Below are positions 51,217 through 60,263 of a DNA stretch of 64,000 nt, piece after piece. The stretch is from positions 448,001 to 512,000 of the forward strand of contig CAWEZH010000002.1 of the NCBI GenBank assembly GCA_963813535.1, given 5' to 3'. A program made the position numbers and the translations under genes. The notes beneath the pieces are model-generated. The model was not told where the DNA came from. It ran no database searches and saw only the letters and a list, made by a program, of their open reading frames with translations. The stretch comes from an uncultured Chloroflexia bacterium. GTDB taxonomy: Bacteria; Chloroflexota; Limnocylindria; Limnocylindrales; CSP1-4. How positions within the stretch are numbered: position 1 is the first letter of the stretch; each line of letters opens with the position of its first letter.

Positions 51217-51303
51217 GCCGAGGTGGCGGAATAGGCAGACGCGCTGGTTTCAGGTACCAGTGGCCGCAAGGTCGTGTGGGTTCAAGTCCCTCCCTCGGTA
51301 CCA
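51217..51303 (+). tRNA. tRNA-Leu(CAG)
   Basis: Anticodon arm CTGGT-TTCAGGT-ACCAG, long variable arm and encoded CCA. Confidence 0.95.
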
Positions 51304-51335
51304 TTCCCTCGGACTCGATCCGCAATGACACCTCT

Positions 51336-51420
51336 GCCCAGGTGGCGGAATTGGTATACGCGTACGTTTGAGGGGCGTATGAGGCAACTCATCCGGGTTC
51401 AAGTCCCGGCCTGGGCACCA
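51336..51420 (+). tRNA. tRNA-Leu(GAG)
   Basis: Anticodon arm TACGT-TTGAGGG-GCGTA, long variable arm and encoded CCA. Confidence 0.95.
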
Positions 51421-51433
51421 ACTCGCGACATCT

Positions 51434-51464
51434 GACGACCGCCGGCTCGGCGGTCGTTTCGTTT
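51434..51464 (+). terminator. Intrinsic terminator after the tRNA-Leu pair
   Basis: ACGACCGCCG-GCT-CGGCGGTCGT followed by TTCGTTT. Confidence 0.8.
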
Positions 51465-51486
51465 GCCCGCGGTGTAGGCTCCGCCC

Positions 51487-51563
51487 GGGCGGTTAGCTCA
51501 GTCGGTCAGAGCGCCTCGCTTACACCGAGGAAGTCACTGGTTCGAGTCCAGTACCGCCCACCA
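51487..51563 (+). tRNA. tRNA-Val(TAC)
   Basis: Anticodon arm CCTCG-CTTACAC-CGAGG and encoded CCA. Confidence 0.96.
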
Positions 51564-51716
51564 CATTCCACGCACGAAAAGATCCCTCCGCCGCCCTTCC
51601 ATCGGGGCAGGGGAGGGCTCTGAAAATGCCGCGCGACGGCGACACCTTATGCTCCCTCGATCCACCCGCGGCCGCCCTTGGGCTGGCCGGGGTTCGTTGG
51701 CTGAGAGGGGTTCCCC

Positions 51717-52376
51717 GTGGATGCAAGAGTCTGTCGTCGGCGCGTGTTCGCCGTCGCCCTAGCTGTCCTACTCCTACCCGTCGTCGCAGGCTCGGTGGCC
51801 GCCGCCGCACACAAGATGACGGTCTGCCATTTCGACAAGGGAGCTGGCACCTTCAAGCCGATCAGCGTCGCGTCATCGCTGAAGCCGAAGAAGCCGGACT
51901 ACGTGGTCGATACGGCGCTCACAGGCAAGACCGTGTACGCGATCGCCTATGCCAACGTGAACGGCGTCGCCGGCTACCAGCCGGCGGGGTGCGACGTCTT
52001 CAGCAGCGCGCTGGTCGAGGCCAGCGGCAACAGCGTTCCCGACGCTGGTGACGAAGTGCTGTACGGGATGTCCCCGACCACCTTCAACGCGCCGTACGGG
52101 TTCGTGGCGTTCCCGACCACCTCGAGAGTCGCCCTGGAGGCCACTTGTGATCGTGCGACGTTCGACACAGCAGGCGATTTCTTCGTCAGGTGGCGATCGC
52201 TCACATCCTTCGAGGATCTAGTCGTCGCCACGGAGACGTTTGTCGCCATCATCCGAGACGACTTCACGGGGGACCTTGAGGACTCGATCTTCATTTCTAG
52301 CCCGTCGGTGTTCGAGGGGCGGGCGCAGCCGACCGACGATGGTTTCCTCGACGTCGACGCTTCCTGCGCGGCTTAG
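51717..52376 (+). CDS. Hypothetical secreted protein
   Basis: Signal-peptide-like RRRVFAVALAVLLLPVVAGSVAAA, then KMTVCH. Confidence 0.65.
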   Translation: MDARVCRRRVFAVALAVLLLPVVAGSVAAAAHKMTVCHFDKGAGTFKPISVASSLKPKKPDYVVDTALTGKTVYAIAYANVNGVAGYQPAGCDVFSSALVEASGNSVPDAGDEVLYGMSPTTFNAPYGFVAFPTTSRVALEATCDRATFDTAGDFFVRWRSLTSFEDLVVATETFVAIIRDDFTGDLEDSIFISSPSVFEGRAQPTDDGFLDVDASCAA

Positions 52377-52668
52377 GAGAGGTGTCAATTCGGCAATCGC
52401 CGCTCGCGCCTCCTCCAGCGCCTCTCGTCGACGTGCCGCGGCCACGGACAGCCACGGTAGGACGTCGACCTGCCAGCGCCCGTCCTGGGCGGCCGAGATG
52501 CGATTATCCGGGACGGTCGCCGCGGGAGATTATCCGCCGGGCCCGCCTGGGCCGCGGCCTCTTGCTGTCGCGCCTCGCTCATCCGCCGTGCCATGCCCTA
52601 AGTGTGGGGTGAGGGGCGACAGGTAGGTTGTCCCACAAGGCATCCTCGCCGTGCCACGATGCGTCGCG

Positions 52669-53073
52669 ATGGACATTGTCCAGCCGCTGCTGGTGGCAGT
52701 CGGTGTCGTGCTCGCCCTCTGGCTCGTCATGGTCGCCCTGCTCTGGCTCCATCGGCCATCCCGAGATCTCGCCATGCCGGCGCTGCGCGCGCTCCCCGAC
52801 ATCGTTCGACTGGCCAGGCGGCTCCTCGCCGATCCGATGACCCCCACGCGCCACCGGGTCGCGCTTGTGGTGCTGGTGATCTGGCTCGTCAGCCCGATCG
52901 ACCTGCTGCCCGAGTTCCTACCGGGCATCGGCCCTCTCGATGACATCGTCGCGGCCGCCGTCATCCTCGGCTGGGTCGGTCGACAGACCGGGACGGCGCG
53001 TCTCCGGGAGCTGTGGCCGGGCGACGAGGCGAGCTTCACCCTCGTGGCACGGATGCTGCGACTTCCAGCGTGA
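52669..53073 (+). CDS. YkvA/DUF1232 family membrane protein
   Basis: SPIDLLPEFLPGIGPLDD motif. Confidence 0.85.
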   Translation: MDIVQPLLVAVGVVLALWLVMVALLWLHRPSRDLAMPALRALPDIVRLARRLLADPMTPTRHRVALVVLVIWLVSPIDLLPEFLPGIGPLDDIVAAAVILGWVGRQTGTARLRELWPGDEASFTLVARMLRLPA

Positions 53074-53138
53074 TGGGGGCCTGGCGATCATCGGCCCGGG
53101 TTATCGTTTGGCGAGGAGGCCCAAGGAACGACGTGCGA

Positions 53139-53408
53139 ATGGCAGACCTCAAGCCTGGCTGGACCGTGGTTGGGAACGACGGACGCTCGGTGGGAACGGT
53201 CAGGGACGTGGGTCAGAACTACGTCCTCACCTCCACCGGGCCGACGGGCGACATCTACGTTCCCGCATCGGCCATCGCCAATGTCGAGCACGAAGTCGTG
53301 CACCTTTCGGTCGCGCAGCGCGACGTGTCGCAGATGGGCTGGGAACAGCCACCGCGCGGCGACGATGCCCCAGCGACACCCGAGGCGGACCTACATCGGC
53401 ACGTCTGA
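53139..53408 (+). CDS. Small PRC-barrel/DUF2171-like protein
   Basis: GWTVVGNDGRSVGTV...IYVPASAIANV...VHLSV...GWEQPP. Confidence 0.75.
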   Translation: MADLKPGWTVVGNDGRSVGTVRDVGQNYVLTSTGPTGDIYVPASAIANVEHEVVHLSVAQRDVSQMGWEQPPRGDDAPATPEADLHRHV

Positions 53409-53413
53409 CCGGG

Positions 53414-54631
53414 TCAGGCGCCTGCACCGCGATGGCTTCGGCCCTGGTGACCGACCGCCTTGCCGATGCGGCGACCGACGAGTGCGACGGTGGGCATCGG
53501 GTCGCGGAGCGATAGCACGCCGAAATCGCGCGTCCCACGCCAGCTCCGCAGGACGGCCCCGACCGATACGTCGTGGCGCCGCACCCGGCGCCACGATGCC
53601 CGAGCCTCCCGGAACGGGATCATGCATTTGCGCCCATCGACCTGCTCAGGTTGGGGACCGAGCGGGAGACCGGCAAGCGTCGCGTAGAGCCGCCACGACC
53701 CATCGACCCCACAGGCGTCCGCCAGCCCGAAGTTGGCCGGGATGCGGACGTTGACTTCGATCAGGTACAGCTGGCCGTCGCGGGCGTTGCGCTTTGTCTC
53801 GCACGACGCGATGCCGTGATAGCCGGCGTGGCCGAGCAGCTTCTGGCTGATGGCCATCGTGCCCGGCACGCGAGCCGCCTGATTGAGTGAGCCGACCCCG
53901 TAGTCGGGTGGCCACTGGCGGATCTTGCGCCGGCCGTATTCGAGCGTGTAGTAGCCGTCGTCGCGCCGCACGGTGACGGCCGCCTCGAGGCGATGTTCAC
54001 GTCCCGGGACGACGTCGGTCAGCAGGAAGTCGATGCCATGGTCGAACAGGAGTGCGGCGCGCTCCAGGAGGTCGCGACGAGTCGTGACCAGCACGGTCCC
54101 GAACCCGACCTCGACCTTGGCCAGATGTCCTAGCCGCGCCTTGAGCACCCGCGGGAAGCGGAGCCCGGGCAGCAGCGCCATCAGGTCACCGCGATCACGC
54201 ACGTGGTGGAACGCCGGGACGCGGACGCCGATGGAGGCGGCCGTGCGGTACAGCTCGAGCTTGTCCATCAGCTCGACGTGCACGCGATCGCCCGATTCGA
54301 AGCTGCGCAAATTGGCTGGTAGGCGCGAGCGGTACTCGGTCAGCCACTCGCTCGCCGAGTCCGATCCGGACAGGACGACGCCGCCGCCCGACTCGCCGAG
54401 CTCGCTCAGGGCGTCGAACCACGGCGCCGGATCGCGCAGCGGCTCGGGCAGGACCTCGCCCTCGACACCCCGACTCGCGGTCACGTAGCTGTACTCGGGG
54501 CTGGTCAGGACATGGACATCGACGCCGCGCCGATGCAGGGCCCGGGCGAGAGTGAGGCAGCCGTCGTTCGGCTGGAGGATGATCGCGCGCGGCAGCGCGG
54601 ACTCCTCGCCGGTTCCCGGCAGAGCGCTCAT
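53414..54631 (-). CDS. ATP-grasp carboxylate-amine ligase (D-aspartate-ligase-like)
   Basis: Motifs MDKLELY, FPRVLKA, RKIRQWPPDYGVGS and ETKRNARDGQLYLIEVNVR. Confidence 0.8.
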   Translation of the reverse strand: MSALPGTGEESALPRAIILQPNDGCLTLARALHRRGVDVHVLTSPEYSYVTASRGVEGEVLPEPLRDPAPWFDALSELGESGGGVVLSGSDSASEWLTEYRSRLPANLRSFESGDRVHVELMDKLELYRTAASIGVRVPAFHHVRDRGDLMALLPGLRFPRVLKARLGHLAKVEVGFGTVLVTTRRDLLERAALLFDHGIDFLLTDVVPGREHRLEAAVTVRRDDGYYTLEYGRRKIRQWPPDYGVGSLNQAARVPGTMAISQKLLGHAGYHGIASCETKRNARDGQLYLIEVNVRIPANFGLADACGVDGSWRLYATLAGLPLGPQPEQVDGRKCMIPFREARASWRRVRRHDVSVGAVLRSWRGTRDFGVLSLRDPMPTVALVGRRIGKAVGHQGRSHRGAGA

Positions 54632-54880
54632 GCGGGGTCGGCGTCACCATCCCGCGGGCGCCGCCGCGCTGCGTGATCCCTGGTGGTCGTCACGTCCTGC
54701 TCCTCCGTCCGGGGGCTCGTCCCGTCGCACCATTCTGACCCGGCGCTCCTAACGGCTCGCTTGCGCGGAGGTGTGGATCGGGCGAACGGCACCTTGCAAC
54801 GGGAGGTCGGGTGGAACGCGCACTGCTAGACTCAACCCCGATGGCCGCGCCGCGATGGCGCGCCCGACCGGAGGAGGGGC

Positions 54881-55450
54881 ATGGATCTCGCTCCCATCAT
54901 CATCATCGCGATCATCGTCCTGCTCGTCGTGTTCGCGATCGGGATCTACAACTCCCTGGTCCAGAAGCGGTTGCGGATCGATGAGGCGTTCGCCCAGATC
55001 GAGGTCCAGCTCAAGCGGCGCCATGACCTGATCCCGAACCTCGTGAACGCGGTCAAGGGCTACATGGGGTTCGAGCAGAAGGTCCTGACTGACGTCACCA
55101 ACGCCCGTGCCGCGGCTGTCGCCGCCGGCGCCCAGGGCCCCGCGCAGCAGGCTGCCGCCGAGAACGCGCTGACGGGCACGCTGCGATCGCTGTTCGCCGT
55201 CGTGGAGAACTATCCGGAACTCAAGGCGAACCAGAACGTGCTTGAACTCCAGGAGCAGCTGACGACGACCGAGAACCAGATCTCGTTCTCGCGCCAGCAC
55301 TACAACGCCTCGGTCCTCGACTACAACACGGGCATCGCCACGTTCCCGAACATGTTGCTGGCCGGACCCTTCGGGTTCACGAAGCGGGAGTTCTTCGATG
55401 CCGAACCCGAGGCCGCGAACGTCCCGAACGTGGATCTCAGCCTGAGCTGA
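54881..55450 (+). CDS. lemA: LemA family protein
   Basis: Motifs YNSLV, QLKRRHDLIPNLV, ENYPELKAN, ENQISFSRQHYN and FPN. Confidence 0.95.
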   Translation: MDLAPIIIIAIIVLLVVFAIGIYNSLVQKRLRIDEAFAQIEVQLKRRHDLIPNLVNAVKGYMGFEQKVLTDVTNARAAAVAAGAQGPAQQAAAENALTGTLRSLFAVVENYPELKANQNVLELQEQLTTTENQISFSRQHYNASVLDYNTGIATFPNMLLAGPFGFTKREFFDAEPEAANVPNVDLSLS

Positions 55451-55472
55451 TCGTCGGACCGCGGGAGGCACC

Positions 55473-56450
55473 GTGGCCCGGGAATCCTTCTACAAACAGA
55501 TCTCCGCCAACCGGCGGAACTCGTTCCTCATGGCGGCGTTCGTCGTCGTCCTGCTCGCGCTCCTCGGCTTCACCATCGGGTATGCCGTGTTCGGGTCGCC
55601 GGCAGGGGCCGTGGGAACGATGCTCGTGGCCATCCTTCTCGGTGGCCTGAGCGGCACCTTCACGTACTTCGCCGGGGACTCGCTTGTGCTCGCGGTGAGC
55701 GGTGCGCGCCAGGTCGACGAGACGCAGGCGCCGCAGCTCACGAACGTCGTCCGCGAGCTGTCGATCGCCGCGAATATCCCGATGCCCAAGGTCTACCTGA
55801 TCGACGACACCGCCCCGAACGCCTTCGCGACGGGACGGGATCCTGCGCATGCCTCGGTGGCGATCACGACGGGTCTCCTCGAGAAGCTCGACCGAGAGGA
55901 GCTGCAAGGCGTCATCGGCCATGAGCTGTCGCACGTTCGCAACTACGACATCCGGTTCTCGCTGATCGTCGCGGTGATGGTGGGCGTCATCGCGATCCTC
56001 GCCGACTTCTTCCTGCGCTTCACGTTCTGGGGCGGCGCCGGTCGCTCGCGGGACCGCGACGGGGGTGGGGGAGGGGCGCAGGCAGTCATCTTCATCATCG
56101 CGATCGCCCTCGCGATCCTGGCCCCGCTGATCTCGCGGTTCATCCAGCTCGCGGTGTCCCGCCAGCGGGAGTACCTCGCCGATGCCTCGTCCGTGGAGCT
56201 GACCCGGAACCCCTACGGGCTCGAGCGCGCGCTGGCCAAGATCTCAGCCGACAAGGAGGTGCTGGAGGTCGCCAACCGGGGGACGCAGCACCTCTATTTC
56301 ACGAACCCCATCAAGCGCTTCGAGAAGCGGTCATCGAACCTGATGTCGACCCATCCGGCGATCATCGACCGCGTGAACCGGTTGCGGCAGCTGACAGGAG
56401 AACCGCCGCTGGGCGACGCCGAACAGGCGCAGCTCGCCGGCCTGGAGTAG
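55473..56450 (+). CDS. htpX: HtpX-like M48 membrane zinc metalloprotease
   Basis: Motifs PNAFATG, HELSH, SRQREYLAD and STHP. Synteny with lemA. Confidence 0.92.
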   Translation: MARESFYKQISANRRNSFLMAAFVVVLLALLGFTIGYAVFGSPAGAVGTMLVAILLGGLSGTFTYFAGDSLVLAVSGARQVDETQAPQLTNVVRELSIAANIPMPKVYLIDDTAPNAFATGRDPAHASVAITTGLLEKLDREELQGVIGHELSHVRNYDIRFSLIVAVMVGVIAILADFFLRFTFWGGAGRSRDRDGGGGGAQAVIFIIAIALAILAPLISRFIQLAVSRQREYLADASSVELTRNPYGLERALAKISADKEVLEVANRGTQHLYFTNPIKRFEKRSSNLMSTHPAIIDRVNRLRQLTGEPPLGDAEQAQLAGLE

Positions 56451-56530
56451 GGCGCCCGTCGTGGCGTCCCGTCGAAGGCCCGTGGTATCCTGCGCTCCGC
56501 CGACGGACAGCCAGTGCGGTTGACCATCGA

Positions 56531-56606
56531 GCCGAGGTAGCTCAGTCGGTAGAGCACGCGACTGAAAATCGCGGTGTCGCCAGTTCGATCCTGGCCCTCG
56601 GCACCA
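56531..56606 (+). tRNA. tRNA-Phe(GAA)
   Basis: Anticodon arm CGCGA-CTGAAAA-TCGCG and encoded CCA. Confidence 0.96.
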
Positions 56607-56630
56607 CTCCTCGAGGGTGGGCGACATCGA

Positions 56631-56706
56631 GCGGAAGTGGCTCAGTTGGTAGAGCATCACCTTGCCAAGGTGAGGGTCGCGGGTTCGAGTCCCGTCTTCC
56701 GCTCCA
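56631..56706 (+). tRNA. tRNA-Gly(GCC)
   Basis: Anticodon arm TCACC-TTGCCAA-GGTGA and encoded CCA. Confidence 0.96.
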
Positions 56707-56728
56707 GTATCCTCCCCGAAGGCCCCGC

Positions 56729-56802
56729 TGCCCCTTCGTCTAGTGGTAGGACAGCGGACTTTGGATCCGTGAACCGAGGTTCGAATCCTCGAGGGGCAGC
56801 CA
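56729..56802 (+). tRNA. tRNA-Gln(TTG)
   Basis: Anticodon arm GCGGA-CTTTGGA-TCCGT, a U1-A72 pair and encoded CCA. Confidence 0.95.
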
Positions 56803-56834
56803 GCACCGCCTCTTGATGCGGCGCACCCCGTCGG

Positions 56835-56911
56835 GGCGACGTGGTGAAGTGGTTCAACACGGGGGTCTGCAAAACCCCTATTCACCGGTTCGAATCCGGT
56901 CGTCGCCTCCA
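56835..56911 (+). tRNA. tRNA-Cys(GCA)
   Basis: Anticodon arm GGGGT-CTGCAAA-ACCCC, U73 discriminator and encoded CCA. Confidence 0.95.
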
Positions 56912-56999
56912 ATCCCCCCTGATCCCACCCGGGCATGGGCACGGCCCGCTGACGATGCCAGCGGGCCGCTCCGTGATGCGCGGTGAGGGTGACCGGCGG

Positions 57000-58385
57000 T
57001 CAGCTCGTCGCGGGCGGCACGTTCTGGTTGAGCCGGAACAGGTTCTCTGGGTCGTAGACCGACTTGATCGCGGCGAGCCGATCCCACGTTGCGCCGGGAT
57101 AGGCCGCGCGCGCGCCGGCCTCGCCCTCGTCGCCGACGAAGTTCACGTATTCGCCGGAGTCGCCCTGGTCGATGGCCGCAGCGAACTCGTCGAGCCACGC
57201 CTGTCGGCGGGCCTTCTCGTCGTCGCCCTCGTAGAACGCGGCGAGGTTGACCATGATCTTGGACGCCCGGTGGGCGTAGGCCGTCGCGTCGACCGGCACG
57301 CGCGCCGCGGCGCCGCCGATGACGCGAAGCTGCGACACGCGCATCTCGGCATCTGACGCGGTCAGGAACTTCACGATCGTCTGCGCGACGGGCAGGTCGA
57401 CGTGGTCGATGAACATCGTCTTCGCCACCGCGGTCGGGTGATAGTCCGGATCCTCGGGCGGGAACATCTCGGGGTAGGGGATGGGCTTGACCATGTCGGC
57501 GAGTGGCTCGGCGAGGGCACGGAACGGGGCCATGGCACGGTCACCGCCCGAGGCATCGCCAGAGTAGGCAAGCATGCCGAGGATCACGAGCGAGCCGTGA
57601 TGCTCCTCGGCGATGAACGGCATCGGCGGGCAGGGCATCACATTGGCGATGGTCGACACCTCGTCGGGGGCCGCTTCGGCCGCCGCGATGAACCCGGCGA
57701 TCGACTCCGCGGTCGCTGGCAGCACAAGCATCCCGCCGACCACGCCGTCGAGCTCGTGGAGCCGCAGCTTGAAGCGGGTCACGACTCCGGCGTTGCCGCC
57801 CCCGCCGCGAATCGCCCAGAACAGGTCGGGCTCGTACTCTGCGTCAACGGTCCGCACCTGGCCGTCGGCGGTCACGATCTCGGCAGCAAGCAGGTTGTCG
57901 ATGGTCAGGCCGTGCTTGCGCACGAGGTACCCGACCCCTCCGCCGGTGATCAGCCCGCCAAGGCCGACCGAGCCCGTGTCGCCGAAGCCGGTGGCCAGCC
58001 CGTGCTGTGCCGCGGCCGCGGTATAGGTCCCGGCGGTCACTCCGCTGCCCACCCAGGCGGTTCGTCCCGAAACGTCGATGTCGAGGTCGTCGAGGTCGCG
58101 CACGTCGATGACGATGCCGCCATCCGTCGCGCTGTGACCGGCGCCGCTGTGGCCGCCGCTGCGTACGGCGAGCTCGAGACCGGTCGCACGCGCCGTCGCG
58201 ATCACGGTGGCCACGTCAGCGGCATCGGCCACGCGGACGATGACGGCCGGTCGCCGATCGATACCGCCGGCCAGGACGGTCCGGGCCGCGTCGTAGTCGC
58301 TGTCATCCGGGGTGATCACCCGACCGCGGACGGCCTCGGCGAGGGTCGGGATGGACAGTGTCGGGCTTGTCTGGGTCACGGACAT
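57000..58385 (-). CDS. FAD-binding oxidoreductase (berberine-bridge-like C-terminus)
   Basis: Motifs VRSGGHS, GLITGGGVG, DLFWAIRGGGGN, YVNF and YDPENLFRLNQN. Confidence 0.92.
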   Translation of the reverse strand: MSVTQTSPTLSIPTLAEAVRGRVITPDDSDYDAARTVLAGGIDRRPAVIVRVADAADVATVIATARATGLELAVRSGGHSGAGHSATDGGIVIDVRDLDDLDIDVSGRTAWVGSGVTAGTYTAAAAQHGLATGFGDTGSVGLGGLITGGGVGYLVRKHGLTIDNLLAAEIVTADGQVRTVDAEYEPDLFWAIRGGGGNAGVVTRFKLRLHELDGVVGGMLVLPATAESIAGFIAAAEAAPDEVSTIANVMPCPPMPFIAEEHHGSLVILGMLAYSGDASGGDRAMAPFRALAEPLADMVKPIPYPEMFPPEDPDYHPTAVAKTMFIDHVDLPVAQTIVKFLTASDAEMRVSQLRVIGGAAARVPVDATAYAHRASKIMVNLAAFYEGDDEKARRQAWLDEFAAAIDQGDSGEYVNFVGDEGEAGARAAYPGATWDRLAAIKSVYDPENLFRLNQNVPPATS

Positions 58386-58501
58386 CGATGTCTCCTCACG
58401 GCCTTGCTGGGAGGGTATGGCGGCGAGATCAACGCGACATTGCATCCCCGTATCGGCCGTCCTCTACGATGCCTGCGCCACCGAGTCGCAGCGAGGTACC
58501 G

Positions 58502-59200
58502 ATGGACATCCGGCAGGTCACGGCCGTGCTGCTGATCGTCGTCCCGGTCCTGTTCAACGTCGCGTTCTTCGAGCTGGGCCGCGCCTTCGACTACCCGGCC
58601 ATCCTTCGTCGCGAGCCCGACGAGATCCTGCGGCGCTTCGCGGCCGGCGGTTCCGGTCTGCTCTTGCGCTGGCATCTGCTGTTCCTCAGCGCCCTGGCGA
58701 TGCTGCCCATCGCGGTCCTGCTGGCCGTCGTACTCGACGCCGGGCCGGCCCTGACGGCATTGTCGATGGTCGTCGGTGTCGTCGCCGCGCTCGTCGAGGG
58801 TTTAGGGCTCGCCCGCTGGCCGTTCGCCGTCCCAGAGCTCGCGCGCCGCTACCTCGCAGCGGAGGGGCCCGACGCCGAGGCGACGCGGCGATCGGTCGAG
58901 GTCGCATTCGCCGTCCTCCATCGATATCTCGGCGTGGGAGTTGGCGAGCATCTCGGGTACATGGCGACCGGGCTCTGGACGATCCTCGTCGCGATCTCGA
59001 TCGCCACGGGAGCCATCGTGCCCGTCTGGCTGGCGATCGCCGGGGCGATCATCGGCGTGGCCCTGCTGATCGGGACGCTCGAGTTCGTCGGACCGAACGA
59101 ACGGGAGGGCTGGGAGCTGGCCGGGACGATCGTGCCGATCGCCTACATCGGCTGGTCGGTCTGGCTGGTCGTGCTCGGGGTCGTCCTGCTCATCTCCTAG
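58502..59200 (+). CDS. DUF4386-like membrane protein
   Basis: Motifs FDYPAILR, GLARWPFAVP and GVGVGEHLGY, with about six TMs. Confidence 0.78.
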   Translation: MDIRQVTAVLLIVVPVLFNVAFFELGRAFDYPAILRREPDEILRRFAAGGSGLLLRWHLLFLSALAMLPIAVLLAVVLDAGPALTALSMVVGVVAALVEGLGLARWPFAVPELARRYLAAEGPDAEATRRSVEVAFAVLHRYLGVGVGEHLGYMATGLWTILVAISIATGAIVPVWLAIAGAIIGVALLIGTLEFVGPNEREGWELAGTIVPIAYIGWSVWLVVLGVVLLIS

Positions 59201-59225
59201 GTCCGGCGACTACGATGTCGCCCCG

Positions 59226-59312
59226 GCCGGAGTGGCGGAACTGGCAGACGCAGCGGACTTAAACTCCGCGGCCCGCAAGGGCGTTCGAGTTCGAATCTCG
59301 GCTCCGGCACCA
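59226..59312 (+). tRNA. tRNA-Leu(TAA)
   Basis: Anticodon arm GCGGA-CTTAAAC-TCCGC, long variable arm and encoded CCA. Confidence 0.95.
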
Positions 59313-59441
59313 AGAATGGCTACAGAAATAGTGACGCGTGATACAGGCACCATTTGGGGCCTTGTGTGAAGGGCTCCGTAGCGGAGCCGACCTCGACGAG
59401 CGAGGCCCGATGGGTCCGCGCCGCACGCGAAACACCGTTGC

Positions 59442-60194
59442 GTGGTGACACCACCCAGGGCCACGGCGCAGACACCCCAACCCATAACCTGCGCGAATGA
59501 GCCGACGGTCGTGCTCGCGTTCGACACCTCGCTGTCGATGGAGGCGACGGACGTGACCCCCAGCCGCATCGTGGCCGCCCGAGACGCCGCCCATCGGTTC
59601 ATCGATGTCGTCCCCGCGGGTGTCCACGTGGGCCTGGTCGCGTTCCACGAGACGGCACGGGTCGTCATCCCGCCGACGACCTCGAAGATGGTCCTTGACC
59701 GGGCGATCGACCGGTTGTCTTTGGGCCAGGGCACGGCGATCGGCGAGGCGATCTATGCCTCGCTGGACCTGCTCGAGTCGGACACGCCCGCGGATGCTGA
59801 TGTCACCGGCGCCGGGTCGATCGTGCTGATGTCGGACGGTGACACGACGACCGGACGACCGGAGGAGGAGGACGCCCGTGACGCAGAGCGTCGTGGTGTC
59901 AAGGTCAGCACGGTCGCCTTCGGCACCGACCATGGCTCGGTGGTGGTCGACTTCATGCCCGTGCCGGTCCCGGTCGACCGCGATGCGCTGCGCCGCATCG
60001 CCGAGACCACTGGTGGCAAGGCCTTCGAAGCCGACTCGGCCGAGGAGATCGTGTCCCTGTTCGAGGACATCGGCGAAGGGGTCGGCACACGGACGGAGCC
60101 GCGGGAGATCACCGACGGCCTCGCCCTCGCCGCACTCGTGGCGGCAGCTGTCGCCACGGCCGGCTCGCTTGCCTGGTTCGCTCGCATCTCGTGA
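59442..60194 (+). pseudogene. VWA-domain protein, apparently 5'-truncated
   Basis: MIDAS motif DTSLSM, GTAIGEAI, LMSDG and a C-terminal TM. It lacks the N-terminal TM region usual for this family and has no convincing start or RBS. Confidence 0.55.
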
Positions 60195-60263
60195 CGAGGA
60201 CTTGACGAACATACCGACGGGCATCCGGGCGCCCGGTGAGCGGTAGGCGGCTAGTCTCATGCG

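Noticed and set aside
53139-54631. ATP-grasp ligase plus a small neighbouring ORF as a RiPP (graspetide) system
   Set aside because: The small ORF is convergent and looks like a PRC/DUF2171 fold with no leader or core repeats. The ligase resembles D-aspartate-ligase-like enzymes.
58802-59312. bldA-like control: a rare TTA codon (58802) in the gene beside tRNA-Leu(TAA), in a very GC-rich genome
   Set aside because: In-frame TTA codons also occur in housekeeping gpmI (47708), the ABC-F gene (18607) and anti-sigma copy 1 (12551). The tRNA is therefore probably needed constitutively, and the adjacency is likely chance.
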